Below are positions 41,167-49,928 of a stretch of 64,000 nucleotides of DNA, one piece after another. Position numbers and translations under genes: made by a program. Within the stretch, counting starts at the first letter, position 1. Each line of letters opens with the position of its first letter. A model generated the notes under the pieces. That model was not told where the DNA came from and searched no databases. It was given only the letters and a program-made list of their open reading frames with translations. The stretch covers positions 640,001 to 704,000 of the forward strand of contig CAVWPA010000003.1 of the NCBI GenBank assembly GCA_963756875.1. The letters run 5' to 3'. This stretch comes from an uncultured Verrucomicrobiae bacterium (GTDB taxonomy: Bacteria > Verrucomicrobiota > Verrucomicrobiia > Chthoniobacterales > UBA10450).

Positions 41167-42006
41167 ATGCGCGTTGCGATTAGCACGTTTCTGATCTCGG
41201 TTGTTTCAATCGTCATAGTTAAGGCCGGCGATTCTACATTCAAGTCGGACGAGATCTACAAGGGTTGGATGCAAATGTACGATCTCAAATTCGATGAGGC
41301 GCACAAGACATTCGGCCAATGGCAGGAAAGCCATCCGACCGATTGCCTCGCGCCGGCCTCGGATGCCGCCGCGTATCTCTTTTCCGAACTGGCCCGTTTA
41401 GGCGCATTGGAGTCCGAGCTGTTCGTGAACGACAAGCGATTTATAAATCGCAAACGACTGGTTCCCGATCCCGACGTGAAGCGCCATTTTATGCAACGAA
41501 TCGACCAGGCTGATCGGCTGGCCGATTCTGCTCTCCAGAAATCGAACGCGGACACCGGCGCGCTGTTCGTAAAATCGCTTACCTGCGGACTCCGCGCGGA
41601 CTACGCAGCTCTGGTGAACAAGCAGAATCTCAGGGCTTTCCTTTACACGAAAGAAGGCCGTCCTTATGCCGACAGGCTTCTGGCGGCCGATCCGGAGGCG
41701 TTCGATGCTTACCTCGGCCCGGGCGTGGAAAATTATCTGCTGAGTCTAAAGCCGAAGCTTCTGCAAATTCTGCTCAGAATAACAGGGACGAGCATCGACC
41801 GAAAAAAAGGAATCGAACAACTGCAGAAGACCGCGCTCCATGGATATTACCTCGAGCCATTTGCAAAGCTCTTGCTCGCTGTCGCCGCAGCGCGGGATAA
41901 CCATCCGGAAAAAGCGCGCGAACTTCTGACGGAACTGCATAACCGTTTTCCGGACAACAAACTCTACTCGCGCGAGCTGGATGGCCTGGTCGCGGCCGAT
42001 CAATAG
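41167..42006 (+). CDS. Hypothetical exported alpha-helical (TPR-like) protein
   Basis: 279 aa from ATG 41167, signal-peptide-like N-terminus; ends LHNRFPDNKLY. Confidence 0.7.
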   Translation: MRVAISTFLISVVSIVIVKAGDSTFKSDEIYKGWMQMYDLKFDEAHKTFGQWQESHPTDCLAPASDAAAYLFSELARLGALESELFVNDKRFINRKRLVPDPDVKRHFMQRIDQADRLADSALQKSNADTGALFVKSLTCGLRADYAALVNKQNLRAFLYTKEGRPYADRLLAADPEAFDAYLGPGVENYLLSLKPKLLQILLRITGTSIDRKKGIEQLQKTALHGYYLEPFAKLLLAVAAARDNHPEKARELLTELHNRFPDNKLYSRELDGLVAADQ

Positions 42007-42033
42007 CGATCTGGTTGCCTAACGATTTTCACG

Positions 42034-42915
42034 ATGACCGCCCCGGCACAATTTCATGTCGAGATCGATGAAATCCGGAAACATTACGACCGGCTCTCCT
42101 TCTTGTACCGGATGTTATGGGGAGAGCATCTTCATCACGGTTACTGGGAAAATAATGAATCTGTTCCGCGCGCCCAAATCCAGTTGATGGAGCGTTTGGC
42201 CGAACGAGCGGTCGTGCCGCGCGGGGCGACCGTGCTGGATATCGGCTGCGGCCTGGGCGGCTCTGCTTTTTGGCTGGCGAGCCAGTACGATTGTCGCGTG
42301 ACAGGCATCACAATCAGTCCCGTCCAGGCAAGAATGGGGACCCGCAGAGCGAAAACCAGAGGCTTAAGCGACCGGGTCCGGTTTCAGGTTGCCGATGCCA
42401 ACCTGTGGCAACCGCAGCCCGAAAGTACCGATGTAATCTGGATCATGGAAAGCAGCGAACACTTTCGGGACAAGAAAGGTTTCTTTGAGCGCTGCGCGTT
42501 TGCATTGAAGCCCGGAGGCATCCTTGCAGTTTGTGCCTGGCTCCGGCGCGATGGACCGGTGCGCAGCGACGAACAAGAGTTGGTCGCGACGATCGGTGAA
42601 GCGATGTTGAGCGCAAGCCTTGATACACTTACGGATTACAAGGCGTGGATGAGTGAGTCAGGTCTCATCGTCGAGACAGCGGAGGACATCACCCCAAAAA
42701 TCGCGCCCACCTGGGAACATTGTTCCCGGATTGCCGGGCGTTTCCCGGTAAAATGGTTACTGCGGTTCACTGACGCTCCCACGCGTCGCTTCGTGAAATC
42801 GTTTCCCCTCATGAGGCAGGCATACGCCAAAGGAGCAATGGCTTTCGGTCTTTTCGTGGCCAAAAAATCGAGTCAAACCAATAACGGCCTTTACTGGAAT
42901 GAACCGCCTGAGTGA
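42034..42915 (+). CDS. SAM-dependent methyltransferase (tocopherol/sterol C-methyltransferase-like)
   Basis: WGEHLHHGYW, VLDIGCGLGG, GITISPVQ, MESSEH, LKPGG. Confidence 0.88.
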   Translation: MTAPAQFHVEIDEIRKHYDRLSFLYRMLWGEHLHHGYWENNESVPRAQIQLMERLAERAVVPRGATVLDIGCGLGGSAFWLASQYDCRVTGITISPVQARMGTRRAKTRGLSDRVRFQVADANLWQPQPESTDVIWIMESSEHFRDKKGFFERCAFALKPGGILAVCAWLRRDGPVRSDEQELVATIGEAMLSASLDTLTDYKAWMSESGLIVETAEDITPKIAPTWEHCSRIAGRFPVKWLLRFTDAPTRRFVKSFPLMRQAYAKGAMAFGLFVAKKSSQTNNGLYWNEPPE

Positions 42916-43669
42916 GATTCTTCGGGTCAAACGAGCGGAAATCGAACAGTTGCGGCCGCAGGCAGAGACGTTGCGTCGGCAAGCGGTTGAGCGGAATAAA
43001 TTCCGTGGTTTTCGCGCGGCGTTGAAACGAGGCGATGGAGACGTAGCTGTCATTGCCGAAATCAAGAAGGCTTCACCCTCCGCAGGAGTCATCGCGGAAT
43101 CGTTCGATCCCGTGGCAATCGCGAAAGATTACGAGCGGGCGGGTGCCGCGGCCATTTCGGTTCTAACCGACACGCAGTTTTTCCGGGGCAGCCTGCAAAA
43201 TCTCGTCGATGTTTGCGCATCGGTTTCGCTTCCGGTGTTGCGCAAAGATTTCATCCTCGATGAAATCCAAATCGCGGAGGCGGCCGCAGCGGGCGCAGAC
43301 GCAATTTTGCTCATCGTCGCCGCGCTCGAACAAAAGCAATTGATCGACCTGGCAAGCGCGGCGGCCAGGTATCAATTGGAAGCGCTGGTCGAAGTGCACA
43401 CCCTGGAAGAGTTGGAACGCGCGCTGGACGCCGGCGCGGAGATTATCGGGATCAATAACCGCAACCTGGAGACATTTGATGTCGATCTCGGTGTGACGGA
43501 AAAATTAAGCGAAAAAGTTCCAAACGATGTGGTGCTGGTCAGCGAAAGCGGAATCAAGTCCGCGAAAGACGTCGCCCGGGCCCGGGCATGCGGAGTGGAT
43601 GCCGTGCTGGTCGGCGAAGCTTTGATGCGCGGCGAATTGTCGATCGCAGAATTGCGATCGGAGCGGTGA
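42899..43669 (+). CDS. trpC: Indole-3-glycerol phosphate synthase
   Basis: IAEIKKASPS, ISVLTD, LRKDFI, LVEVH, GINNRNL, SESGI. Confidence 0.97.
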   Translation: MNRLSEILRVKRAEIEQLRPQAETLRRQAVERNKFRGFRAALKRGDGDVAVIAEIKKASPSAGVIAESFDPVAIAKDYERAGAAAISVLTDTQFFRGSLQNLVDVCASVSLPVLRKDFILDEIQIAEAAAAGADAILLIVAALEQKQLIDLASAAARYQLEALVEVHTLEELERALDAGAEIIGINNRNLETFDVDLGVTEKLSEKVPNDVVLVSESGIKSAKDVARARACGVDAVLVGEALMRGELSIAELRSER

Positions 43670-43674
43670 TGGCG

Positions 43675-43786
43675 CGCGAATCACCCGCCTCCGTCCAACT
43701 ACGGCGCGGCAAGCGCGAATTACGCTAAAACAATCAAAGAATCAGGATTGATTGATAAAAGTTCGCGTCGATTCGTGTGATTCGCG
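43675..43786. repeat. Gene-less inverted 9-bp-period array (CGCGAAT) with nested 30-bp mini-element
   Basis: CGCGAATCA C[30 nt]GCGAAT TACGCTAA ... TTCGCGT CG ATTCGTG TG ATTCGCG. Confidence 0.75.
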
Positions 43787-43814
43787 GGGCAAGAATCTGC
43801 CCGGCTGATCGAAA

Positions 43815-44345
43815 TCATTTAACTACGCCGATTTCCGCACGGCGGTTTTTCGCCCATGCCGCTTCATTGTGTCCGGGATCGGCCGGCATTTCCAAGCCGA
43901 AGCTGACTGTTTGAATGCGGCCGCCATCCACACCCTGCGAAATCAAACTTTCGCGCACCGCGCCGGCGCGGCGATCGCCCAGGCCGCGATTGTATTCCGG
44001 CGTTCCGCGTTCATCGGTGAAGCCGGCAATGATGATCTGAGAGGAGCCGCCTTTCATGAAATCCGCGATCTGCTGAATCTTTCCCGTGTCTGACGAACGA
44101 ACCGTCTGGCTGTCGAAATCGAAATAGACAGGTTGAAATTGATTGCGATCGACGTTGCCACCGAAAAAGGATGTGCCTTCCTGACGTTCGGGCAGCGGCG
44201 TGCCGGTAACATAGTCACCCGTCGTGCCGGCGGTTTGTCCTCCTCCTTTTTTCTCGCAGCCGGTAGCGCCAAAAATCAGCGCGATGGCTGTAACCAGAAG
44301 GAAGGAATTTAGAAGGGATCTGCGAAACGGGTGCGGTGTGCTCAT
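43815..44345 (-). CDS. pal: Peptidoglycan-associated lipoprotein (OmpA-like domain)
   Basis: Lipobox ATGC; VYFDFD, GFTDERGTPEYNRGLGDRRA, AWAKNRRAE. Confidence 0.9.
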   Translation of the reverse strand: MSTPHPFRRSLLNSFLLVTAIALIFGATGCEKKGGGQTAGTTGDYVTGTPLPERQEGTSFFGGNVDRNQFQPVYFDFDSQTVRSSDTGKIQQIADFMKGGSSQIIIAGFTDERGTPEYNRGLGDRRAGAVRESLISQGVDGGRIQTVSFGLEMPADPGHNEAAWAKNRRAEIGVVK

Positions 44346-44387
44346 AAGTTTTCAGAATAGCGCCTGCGAAATTGCGCGCAAGCGGGG

Positions 44388-45269
44388 TCACTCGCGCCTG
44401 GCGCGGAACCGCCCCTTTAGCGATGACCAGAAGGCGCGCCGAACCGGGGCCGATGCAGCGCGAGCAACGAGCACGGGACAATTTGCATGGTTCAGGATAC
44501 TGCGAGTGAGATCTCCCATAATGTAGTGGCGCACGATGCCGCGCGCCTGTGACGAACCGGTCACAATTAAATCGTGATCGCCCGCACGCGCCTCTGCAAA
44601 GACCTGTTCGAGAACCATGCCGTGCTGGATCCGCACCTCCACCGGCACGCCGAGGCGCTCGATTTCGTTTTTTTGGTGGCGCAGATTCTCTGCAAGCTCC
44701 GAGTTGGATTGGAAAAGAAGATCGACATCTTCCTCCAGGCGGACCAAGTCGGCATAGATCGCAGGCGGCTCAGCCATGACGTGCAACAGAGTGACCGAAG
44801 CGCCGGCTGCTGCGGCGATCTTTCCGGTAAGCTGCACTGCCCCCTCGATGAATTGCTTTCCACCGGTGCAGACAAGAAATCTCTTAAACTGCGTGCGCTG
44901 GCCGAGCGCGACCAGCACCGGCGGGGAGATGGATTTGATGACTTCGTAGGTTTTCACCGAGCGATACAAACCAGTCTCGCCGGTTCGCCGGGTTCCGATG
45001 ACAACGAGATCGTACTCGGCTTTCGACGTTTGCCCGAGAATTTGGCGAATGGCTTCTCCGGCCCGCACCACAATCTCCGGCGCGACCCCCTGTGCGCGAA
45101 GCGACTCTGCCTGGGTTTCAAGCGCCTCTCGCAAAGATGGTTCGTCGTTCGGTTCTTCCACGATCCCGAGAAGCGTGGTTTCGGCGTGACAAGCAGCGGC
45201 AAGAAGGCCGCCGATTCGACTCGCATTGTCCGCGTCCGGCATTCCGTTGCTGCAAATCAGGATGCGCAT
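44388..45269 (-). CDS. Universal stress protein (tandem USP domains)
   Basis: DLVVIGT, DLIVTGS, HANCPVLV. Confidence 0.88.
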   Translation of the reverse strand: MRILICSNGMPDADNASRIGGLLAAACHAETTLLGIVEEPNDEPSLREALETQAESLRAQGVAPEIVVRAGEAIRQILGQTSKAEYDLVVIGTRRTGETGLYRSVKTYEVIKSISPPVLVALGQRTQFKRFLVCTGGKQFIEGAVQLTGKIAAAAGASVTLLHVMAEPPAIYADLVRLEEDVDLLFQSNSELAENLRHQKNEIERLGVPVEVRIQHGMVLEQVFAEARAGDHDLIVTGSSQARGIVRHYIMGDLTRSILNHANCPVLVARAASAPVRRAFWSSLKGRFRARRE

Positions 45270-45273
45270 AACT

Positions 45274-46200
45274 CTAGAGTGTGTGACCGCTGAAGAGGGT
45301 GTAAATCACGACCGCCGCGCCAATGAATGGCAGCGGCACGAACGCGAGACGAATTTTCGGTCCCGTAAAATATTGCGTAGAGATTGCGCCGATTTGTGCG
45401 CCGATCGCCGCGCCGGTATTCATGACCAGCGCAATGAGGACATCGACGTTGCCTTTGACCGCGTGGCTAAACGTCCCGTAACTGGCTGAAATGATCACTT
45501 CGAACAGGTCGGTGCCCACTGCGAGATGCGTGGGAACACCGAGCACGTAAACCAGCAAAGGCATCCGGATATAGCCGGCGCCGCCTCCGAGAAAACCGCT
45601 GAATAATCCGCCGATAAAGGCGACCAGGAGAACGATCCATAATGAAATCTCCTTTATGCCCGAGGTGGGTAGTGAAATTGGGGGCCAAATTTTGCGACGC
45701 TGAATGCGGCGGGTAATGTGCGCAAAGGCCGAATGATCCTGCTTGGACTTCGCGACTTTGGTTGTTGCGGCTCGCGTTCGCCGCTTCTGCGCCATCAAGG
45801 TTTTGCGGCTCTCCCAAATCATGAATCCGGAGATACTAACGTAAACAACGATCGACACGATGCTCACGACCAGATTCACGTTCCCCGCGCGTTTCAAGAC
45901 TTGAATCAACTGCGCTCCTCCTTCCGTCCCTGCAATCGTGCCCAGAGCCATGATCAATCCGAGTTTGAGATCGACGTTGCCGAGCGCCCGATGCCGTTTG
46001 GCCGCCACGATCGATTTTCCGACGATGTGCGCCAGATCGGTCCCGATGGCGAAATTCCAATCCAGCCCCACCGCGCGCAATGCCGGGCCGGCAAGAAAAC
46101 TGCCGCCGACGCCGAAGAATCCGCCCAGGATCCCGATGAAAAAGCCGATTACCGCGAGGTAAATCGGGCTGATGTGCGCGCCGGAAACCGGGAAAAACAT
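45274..46200 (-). CDS. Sulfite exporter TauE/SafE family protein
   Basis: GFFGVGGSFL, AIGTDL, GFLGGGAG, AVGTDLF. Confidence 0.88.
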   Translation of the reverse strand: MFFPVSGAHISPIYLAVIGFFIGILGGFFGVGGSFLAGPALRAVGLDWNFAIGTDLAHIVGKSIVAAKRHRALGNVDLKLGLIMALGTIAGTEGGAQLIQVLKRAGNVNLVVSIVSIVVYVSISGFMIWESRKTLMAQKRRTRAATTKVAKSKQDHSAFAHITRRIQRRKIWPPISLPTSGIKEISLWIVLLVAFIGGLFSGFLGGGAGYIRMPLLVYVLGVPTHLAVGTDLFEVIISASYGTFSHAVKGNVDVLIALVMNTGAAIGAQIGAISTQYFTGPKIRLAFVPLPFIGAAVVIYTLFSGHTL

Positions 46201-46208
46201 GGCGTGAT

Positions 46209-46451
46209 TTATTCAGACCGGCCGCGAATGAGACGCAACAGAAGCGTGGTGACGCTTTCAAGAAGAACCGCCTGGCCAATGATCAGGAGAATCGCGACAG
46301 TTGCGTACGTGTAACGGTGATGAATCTCGAGCTGCAGCAATCCTTCGCCCAGGAAATGCAGGACCAGGAAAAAGTAGGCGACGACGAGGACGGCATAGAT
46401 GACAAGCTCGGCTGCGAAAGCCCGGAGCGTTTTAGCCGTTTCTCTTTTCAT
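46209..46451 (-). CDS. Small hypothetical membrane protein
   Basis: 80 aa, two hydrophobic segments, 8 nt upstream of the TauE gene. Confidence 0.65.
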   Translation of the reverse strand: MKRETAKTLRAFAAELVIYAVLVVAYFFLVLHFLGEGLLQLEIHHRYTYATVAILLIIGQAVLLESVTTLLLRLIRGRSE

Positions 46452-46744
46452 TGCTTGGATCAGATCAGGTTCGTCGATTCCTTACAATGTTGAAGGCGCC
46501 ATCTGCGACCGTGCGATCCGTTGATCCGGGATAGAGCGCTTCTGCACGATCGGTCGGATGTCATCCCCCGTTTTTTTCTCGACGCCGTGGCCGCCGACCC
46601 TTGGCCGGCGTGATGCATGGTCATCAGTATGTTCTTGCAGGGCGAGACAACTGCGAACGCGACCGCGTTGCGCCGGCGACCAAATTCCATTGCGTCGCCG
46701 TTATTTTCCCCTAACGTTTGATTCCGCATTTAAAGCGGAAAAAT

Positions 46745-46978
46745 ATGGCTGATGCTGCAAATAAGTACCCTGAAAACGTAGCGGGAAAATTCTACGTCGA
46801 CGATCAGTGCATCGATTGCGATCTGTGCCGGGAAACTGCTCCCGCCAACTTCAAGCGCAATGACGATGGCGGGCACTCCTACGTTTACAAGCAGCCGGAA
46901 AACCCGGAAGAGGAAGGCCTCTGTAAAGAAGCGATGGAAGGCTGTCCGGTCGAAGCCATCGGCAGCGACGGCGGCTAA
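46745..46978 (+). CDS. Ferredoxin
   Basis: 77 aa; YVDDQCIDCDLC ... CPVEAIG. Confidence 0.93.
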   Translation: MADAANKYPENVAGKFYVDDQCIDCDLCRETAPANFKRNDDGGHSYVYKQPENPEEEGLCKEAMEGCPVEAIGSDGG

Positions 46979-47016
46979 ATCTGTAGCGGCGATAATCGGC
47001 TCGACATTGTTCGGTA

Positions 47017-47084
47017 AATTGTAGGGCAGGCGCGTCGCCTGCCATGACTGGAGGGCCGGCAACCGGAGCGGTTGCCCTACAATT
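47017..47084. repeat. GTAG-type REP-like doublet, family E
   Basis: AATTGTAGGGCAGGCGCGTCGCCTGCC...GGCAACCGGAGCGGTTGCCCTACAATT. Confidence 0.88.
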
Positions 47085-47100
47085 CAAACAGCGCACGTTA

Positions 47101-47941
47101 ATGCGGCATCAAATCGAACATTAAACATCGCATATCAAAGATTCCAGTCGCACTGACTGTCGCCGGATCGGACAGCAGCGCTGGAGCCGGCATCCAGGCC
47201 GATCTCAAGACATTCGGCGCGCTCGGGGTCTACGGCCTGACCGCCGTTACGTGCGTTGTCGCGGAAACGCCGGGGAACGTTTCCCGAATTGAACCGGTCG
47301 GCGCCGAAATGGTGCGCGCACAAATCGATGTTCTCGCCAGGAACTTCCCGATCTCTGCCATCAAGACCGGGTTACTCTATTCGGCGGACATTATTTCCGT
47401 CGTCGCGGGTGGAATCGTCGATCTCGTCCGCAAAATCGGTAATCGAGTGCCGCTCGTCGTCGATCCTGTGATCGTTGCGACCAGCGGCGATCCACTTCTG
47501 CAAAAAGACGGGATCGAGATTTACCAAAAGGAACTGTTTCCGCTTGCCGCGCTGATTACACCGAACCTCCTCGAAGCGGAAAGATTTCTCGGCGAACCAG
47601 TGCGCGACTTGAAATCGATGCGTCGCGCGGGCAAAGAGTTGGAGAAGAAATTTCGAACCGCGATTCTTCTCAAGGGCGGGCATCTGGCGGGCGATCGGGC
47701 CGTGGATCTTCTTTTTGACGGCGGAAAGATTGTCGAATTCGCCGGTCCGTTTGTGCGGGACGTGGCGACGCACGGCACCGGCTGCACTTATTCGGCCGCC
47801 ATCACGGCCGGTCTGGCGGGTGGTTTATCGCTGCAGGATTCAATCGCCCGCGCCAAAAAGTTTGTGAGTAGTGCGATCGCGCGGCGATTCCGTTGGGAAT
47901 CGGCGTCCGGAAAGAACCTCGATGCCCTGAATCACTTGTAG
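47101..47941 (+). CDS. thiD: Hydroxymethylpyrimidine/phosphomethylpyrimidine kinase (start unresolved)
   Basis: From 47141 IPVALTVAGSDSSAGAGIQADLKTF is in frame with IKTG, VDPV, TPNLLEA, KGGH, THGTGC; nearest ATG (47101) is one base out of frame. Confidence 0.92.
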
Positions 47942-48020
47942 ACATCGCTCTGCGCAACTCGCCGCTGAGGCGATCAAGGTGACACGAGCCGCGCCGCGCA
48001 GAAACCGGCGGCTGCAGGTT

Positions 48021-48719
48021 TTATGCTTTGCCCTTCCACTCCTTCCAATGCTTAAGCTCCAGCGCTTCGAGCGCTGCCGCCGTCTCCGCTTGTTTCTTGC
48101 TGTGGCCGCTGCCCTGGCCAAGCACCATCTCTTCCCAGACGGCCCGCACGACAAAAGTTTTGTCATGCTCCGGACCGCTTTGTGAAACGAGCTCGTAAAG
48201 CGGACTTTGCGGCGAAATGCTTTGCAGCAATTCCTGCAACTGCCCTTTTGGATTGATGTCCACCGGCTCGCTTTCGATTTGGGCGAGATCGCCGCGCGCC
48301 TGTTCGAGAATAAATTTTGCCGCCATTTCCAGCCCGCCGTCGAGATAGACAGCGCCGACCAGCGCTTCAAAAGCATCGCCCAGCGTCGATGCGCGATTTC
48401 GGCCGCCGCTCGCGTCTTCGCCGCGCCCCATCAAAAGATGGCGCCCCAGGTCGAGCGCGGCGGCATGCGCCTTTAACGCGTCACGCGAAACCAAACGCGA
48501 CCGTAGCTTGGTTAGCTGGCCTTCCGGCGCGCTTCCGAATCGTTGAAAAAGATATTCGGTGATTACCAGTTGAAGAATGGCATCGCCCAAAAATTCGAGG
48601 CGCTGGTTGTCAAAATGACGTTGCTGGGTTTCATGGCCCACGCTGGGATGAGTGAGCGCTTCGGCCAGCAAAAGCGGGTTCCGGAACTTGTATTCGATGC
48701 GTTCTTCCAGCGGGTGCAC
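48021..48719 (-). CDS. rnc: Ribonuclease III
   Basis: ALTHPS, NQRLEFLGDAIL, DAFEALVGAVYLD, C-terminal dsRBD. Confidence 0.97.
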   Translation of the reverse strand: MHPLEERIEYKFRNPLLLAEALTHPSVGHETQQRHFDNQRLEFLGDAILQLVITEYLFQRFGSAPEGQLTKLRSRLVSRDALKAHAAALDLGRHLLMGRGEDASGGRNRASTLGDAFEALVGAVYLDGGLEMAAKFILEQARGDLAQIESEPVDINPKGQLQELLQSISPQSPLYELVSQSGPEHDKTFVVRAVWEEMVLGQGSGHSKKQAETAAALEALELKHWKEWKGKA

Positions 48720-48787
48720 GTTCTCGTCATTTGAATACTTCGACGAATCGAGCGCAAGCTCGCGAAGAATGGAGCGGGTAGGGAGGC

Positions 48788-49918
48788 CTACCGTTTCTGC
48801 TGATAGACTTCGAGCGAAGTAACGAGATCAAGCGCGCGTTGCAAAACCCGATCTTGCACCGGTCGTTTGGCCTGTCGCTGGTTGCGACGCGTGTCTGTCG
48901 CATCCAGCTCGGGGTTTGTTCCGGCCAGGAGAGCCGCTTCGTTCAGGTGCGGCCGCTCCGTTTCGTAAATAAAGGGCCCCATTCCTTTCTCTGCGCTCAA
49001 CCGGAAGATCTCCCGTTTTTCGGTCGCAGGCAGTTCCACCGGCAAATCCGGTTTCACGCCCTCAGGGAATAACGGACTGCCGTCCGGTAAAACTGCTTCC
49101 GCCGCGGCCACCCGCAGCACCTTTCCGCTTGGCAACGGCAGGTCCGAATACTCGACTGCGCGTCCGGCTGTCGGTTCGCCGACGATCAATGCCTTGTCGT
49201 AAAGTCGCAGCAACGCAGCTACCGCCTCTGCTCCGCCCGCCGTTTCTCCATCTGTCAGCACCACTATCAAACCATGGAACGCCGGATCGCGGTCCGAACT
49301 AAAGCTGCTCTCCTGGCGCGCCGGCGGCTTGCGTACCGTAAAAAGAGGTTTGCCTTTCGGACAGAAACGCTTCGCAAATTCCGCCGCGGTTTCGAAATCA
49401 GTCATCCCCGGACTATCCCGCAGATCGATGATCAATCCGTCCACCTTTTTGGATGAAAATTGCGTTAGCTTCCTGTCCATCACCTTGAGGTTTGTCCTGT
49501 TGAATGCGCCAAGTCTCAGATAACCGACGTGACCTTCAAAAATCTCGCTGTAAAGAGCGGGCCCCGCCGGAGGGTTTTTTTCCGGGCCGGGCAAAAGCAT
49601 GAGTCCGCGTGATTGCCGAACCAGGAGGCCTTCCAGCATCGCTCGATTTAGCTCGGTGTTGGTAACGGCGTCGGGGTTTGTGTAATCCTTCTTCAAGAGT
49701 TCAATCGCCGCCTGGAGATCGGCGGGCCCTAACGAATCGATCATCTTCCGCATTGTTGGAGTCGCGGCAGGAGAAACAGCGGCCGCGGCATGGCCCGGGG
49801 TCGGCGCGCTGTTTGGAGAGGGCGCTCGCGCAGACGAAGAGGGGCGGGGTTGTGCGAAGAGGCTGGCCCCTGTCACAATTGCGATTGCGATAACCGCCTG
49901 CCGAAAGAATTGAAACAT
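48788..49918 (-). CDS. S41 peptidase-like exported protein, catalytic Ser/Lys apparently replaced
   Basis: GYLRL, LIIDLR, ETAGGAE, VGEPTAGR, GVKPDL, DRVLQRALD. Confidence 0.75.
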   Translation of the reverse strand: MFQFFRQAVIAIAIVTGASLFAQPRPSSSARAPSPNSAPTPGHAAAAVSPAATPTMRKMIDSLGPADLQAAIELLKKDYTNPDAVTNTELNRAMLEGLLVRQSRGLMLLPGPEKNPPAGPALYSEIFEGHVGYLRLGAFNRTNLKVMDRKLTQFSSKKVDGLIIDLRDSPGMTDFETAAEFAKRFCPKGKPLFTVRKPPARQESSFSSDRDPAFHGLIVVLTDGETAGGAEAVAALLRLYDKALIVGEPTAGRAVEYSDLPLPSGKVLRVAAAEAVLPDGSPLFPEGVKPDLPVELPATEKREIFRLSAEKGMGPFIYETERPHLNEAALLAGTNPELDATDTRRNQRQAKRPVQDRVLQRALDLVTSLEVYQQKR

Positions 49919-49928
49919 CACCCGATTG

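Noticed and set aside
40429..42006. 525-aa ORF as a monooxygenase-TPR fusion
   Set aside because: Produced by the frameshifts; the monooxygenase ends at 41161 in another frame and the next gene has its own ATG and signal peptide.
46460..46740. Possible gene or riboswitch upstream of the ferredoxin
   Set aside because: The short ORFs have no motifs and I recognised no riboswitch consensus.
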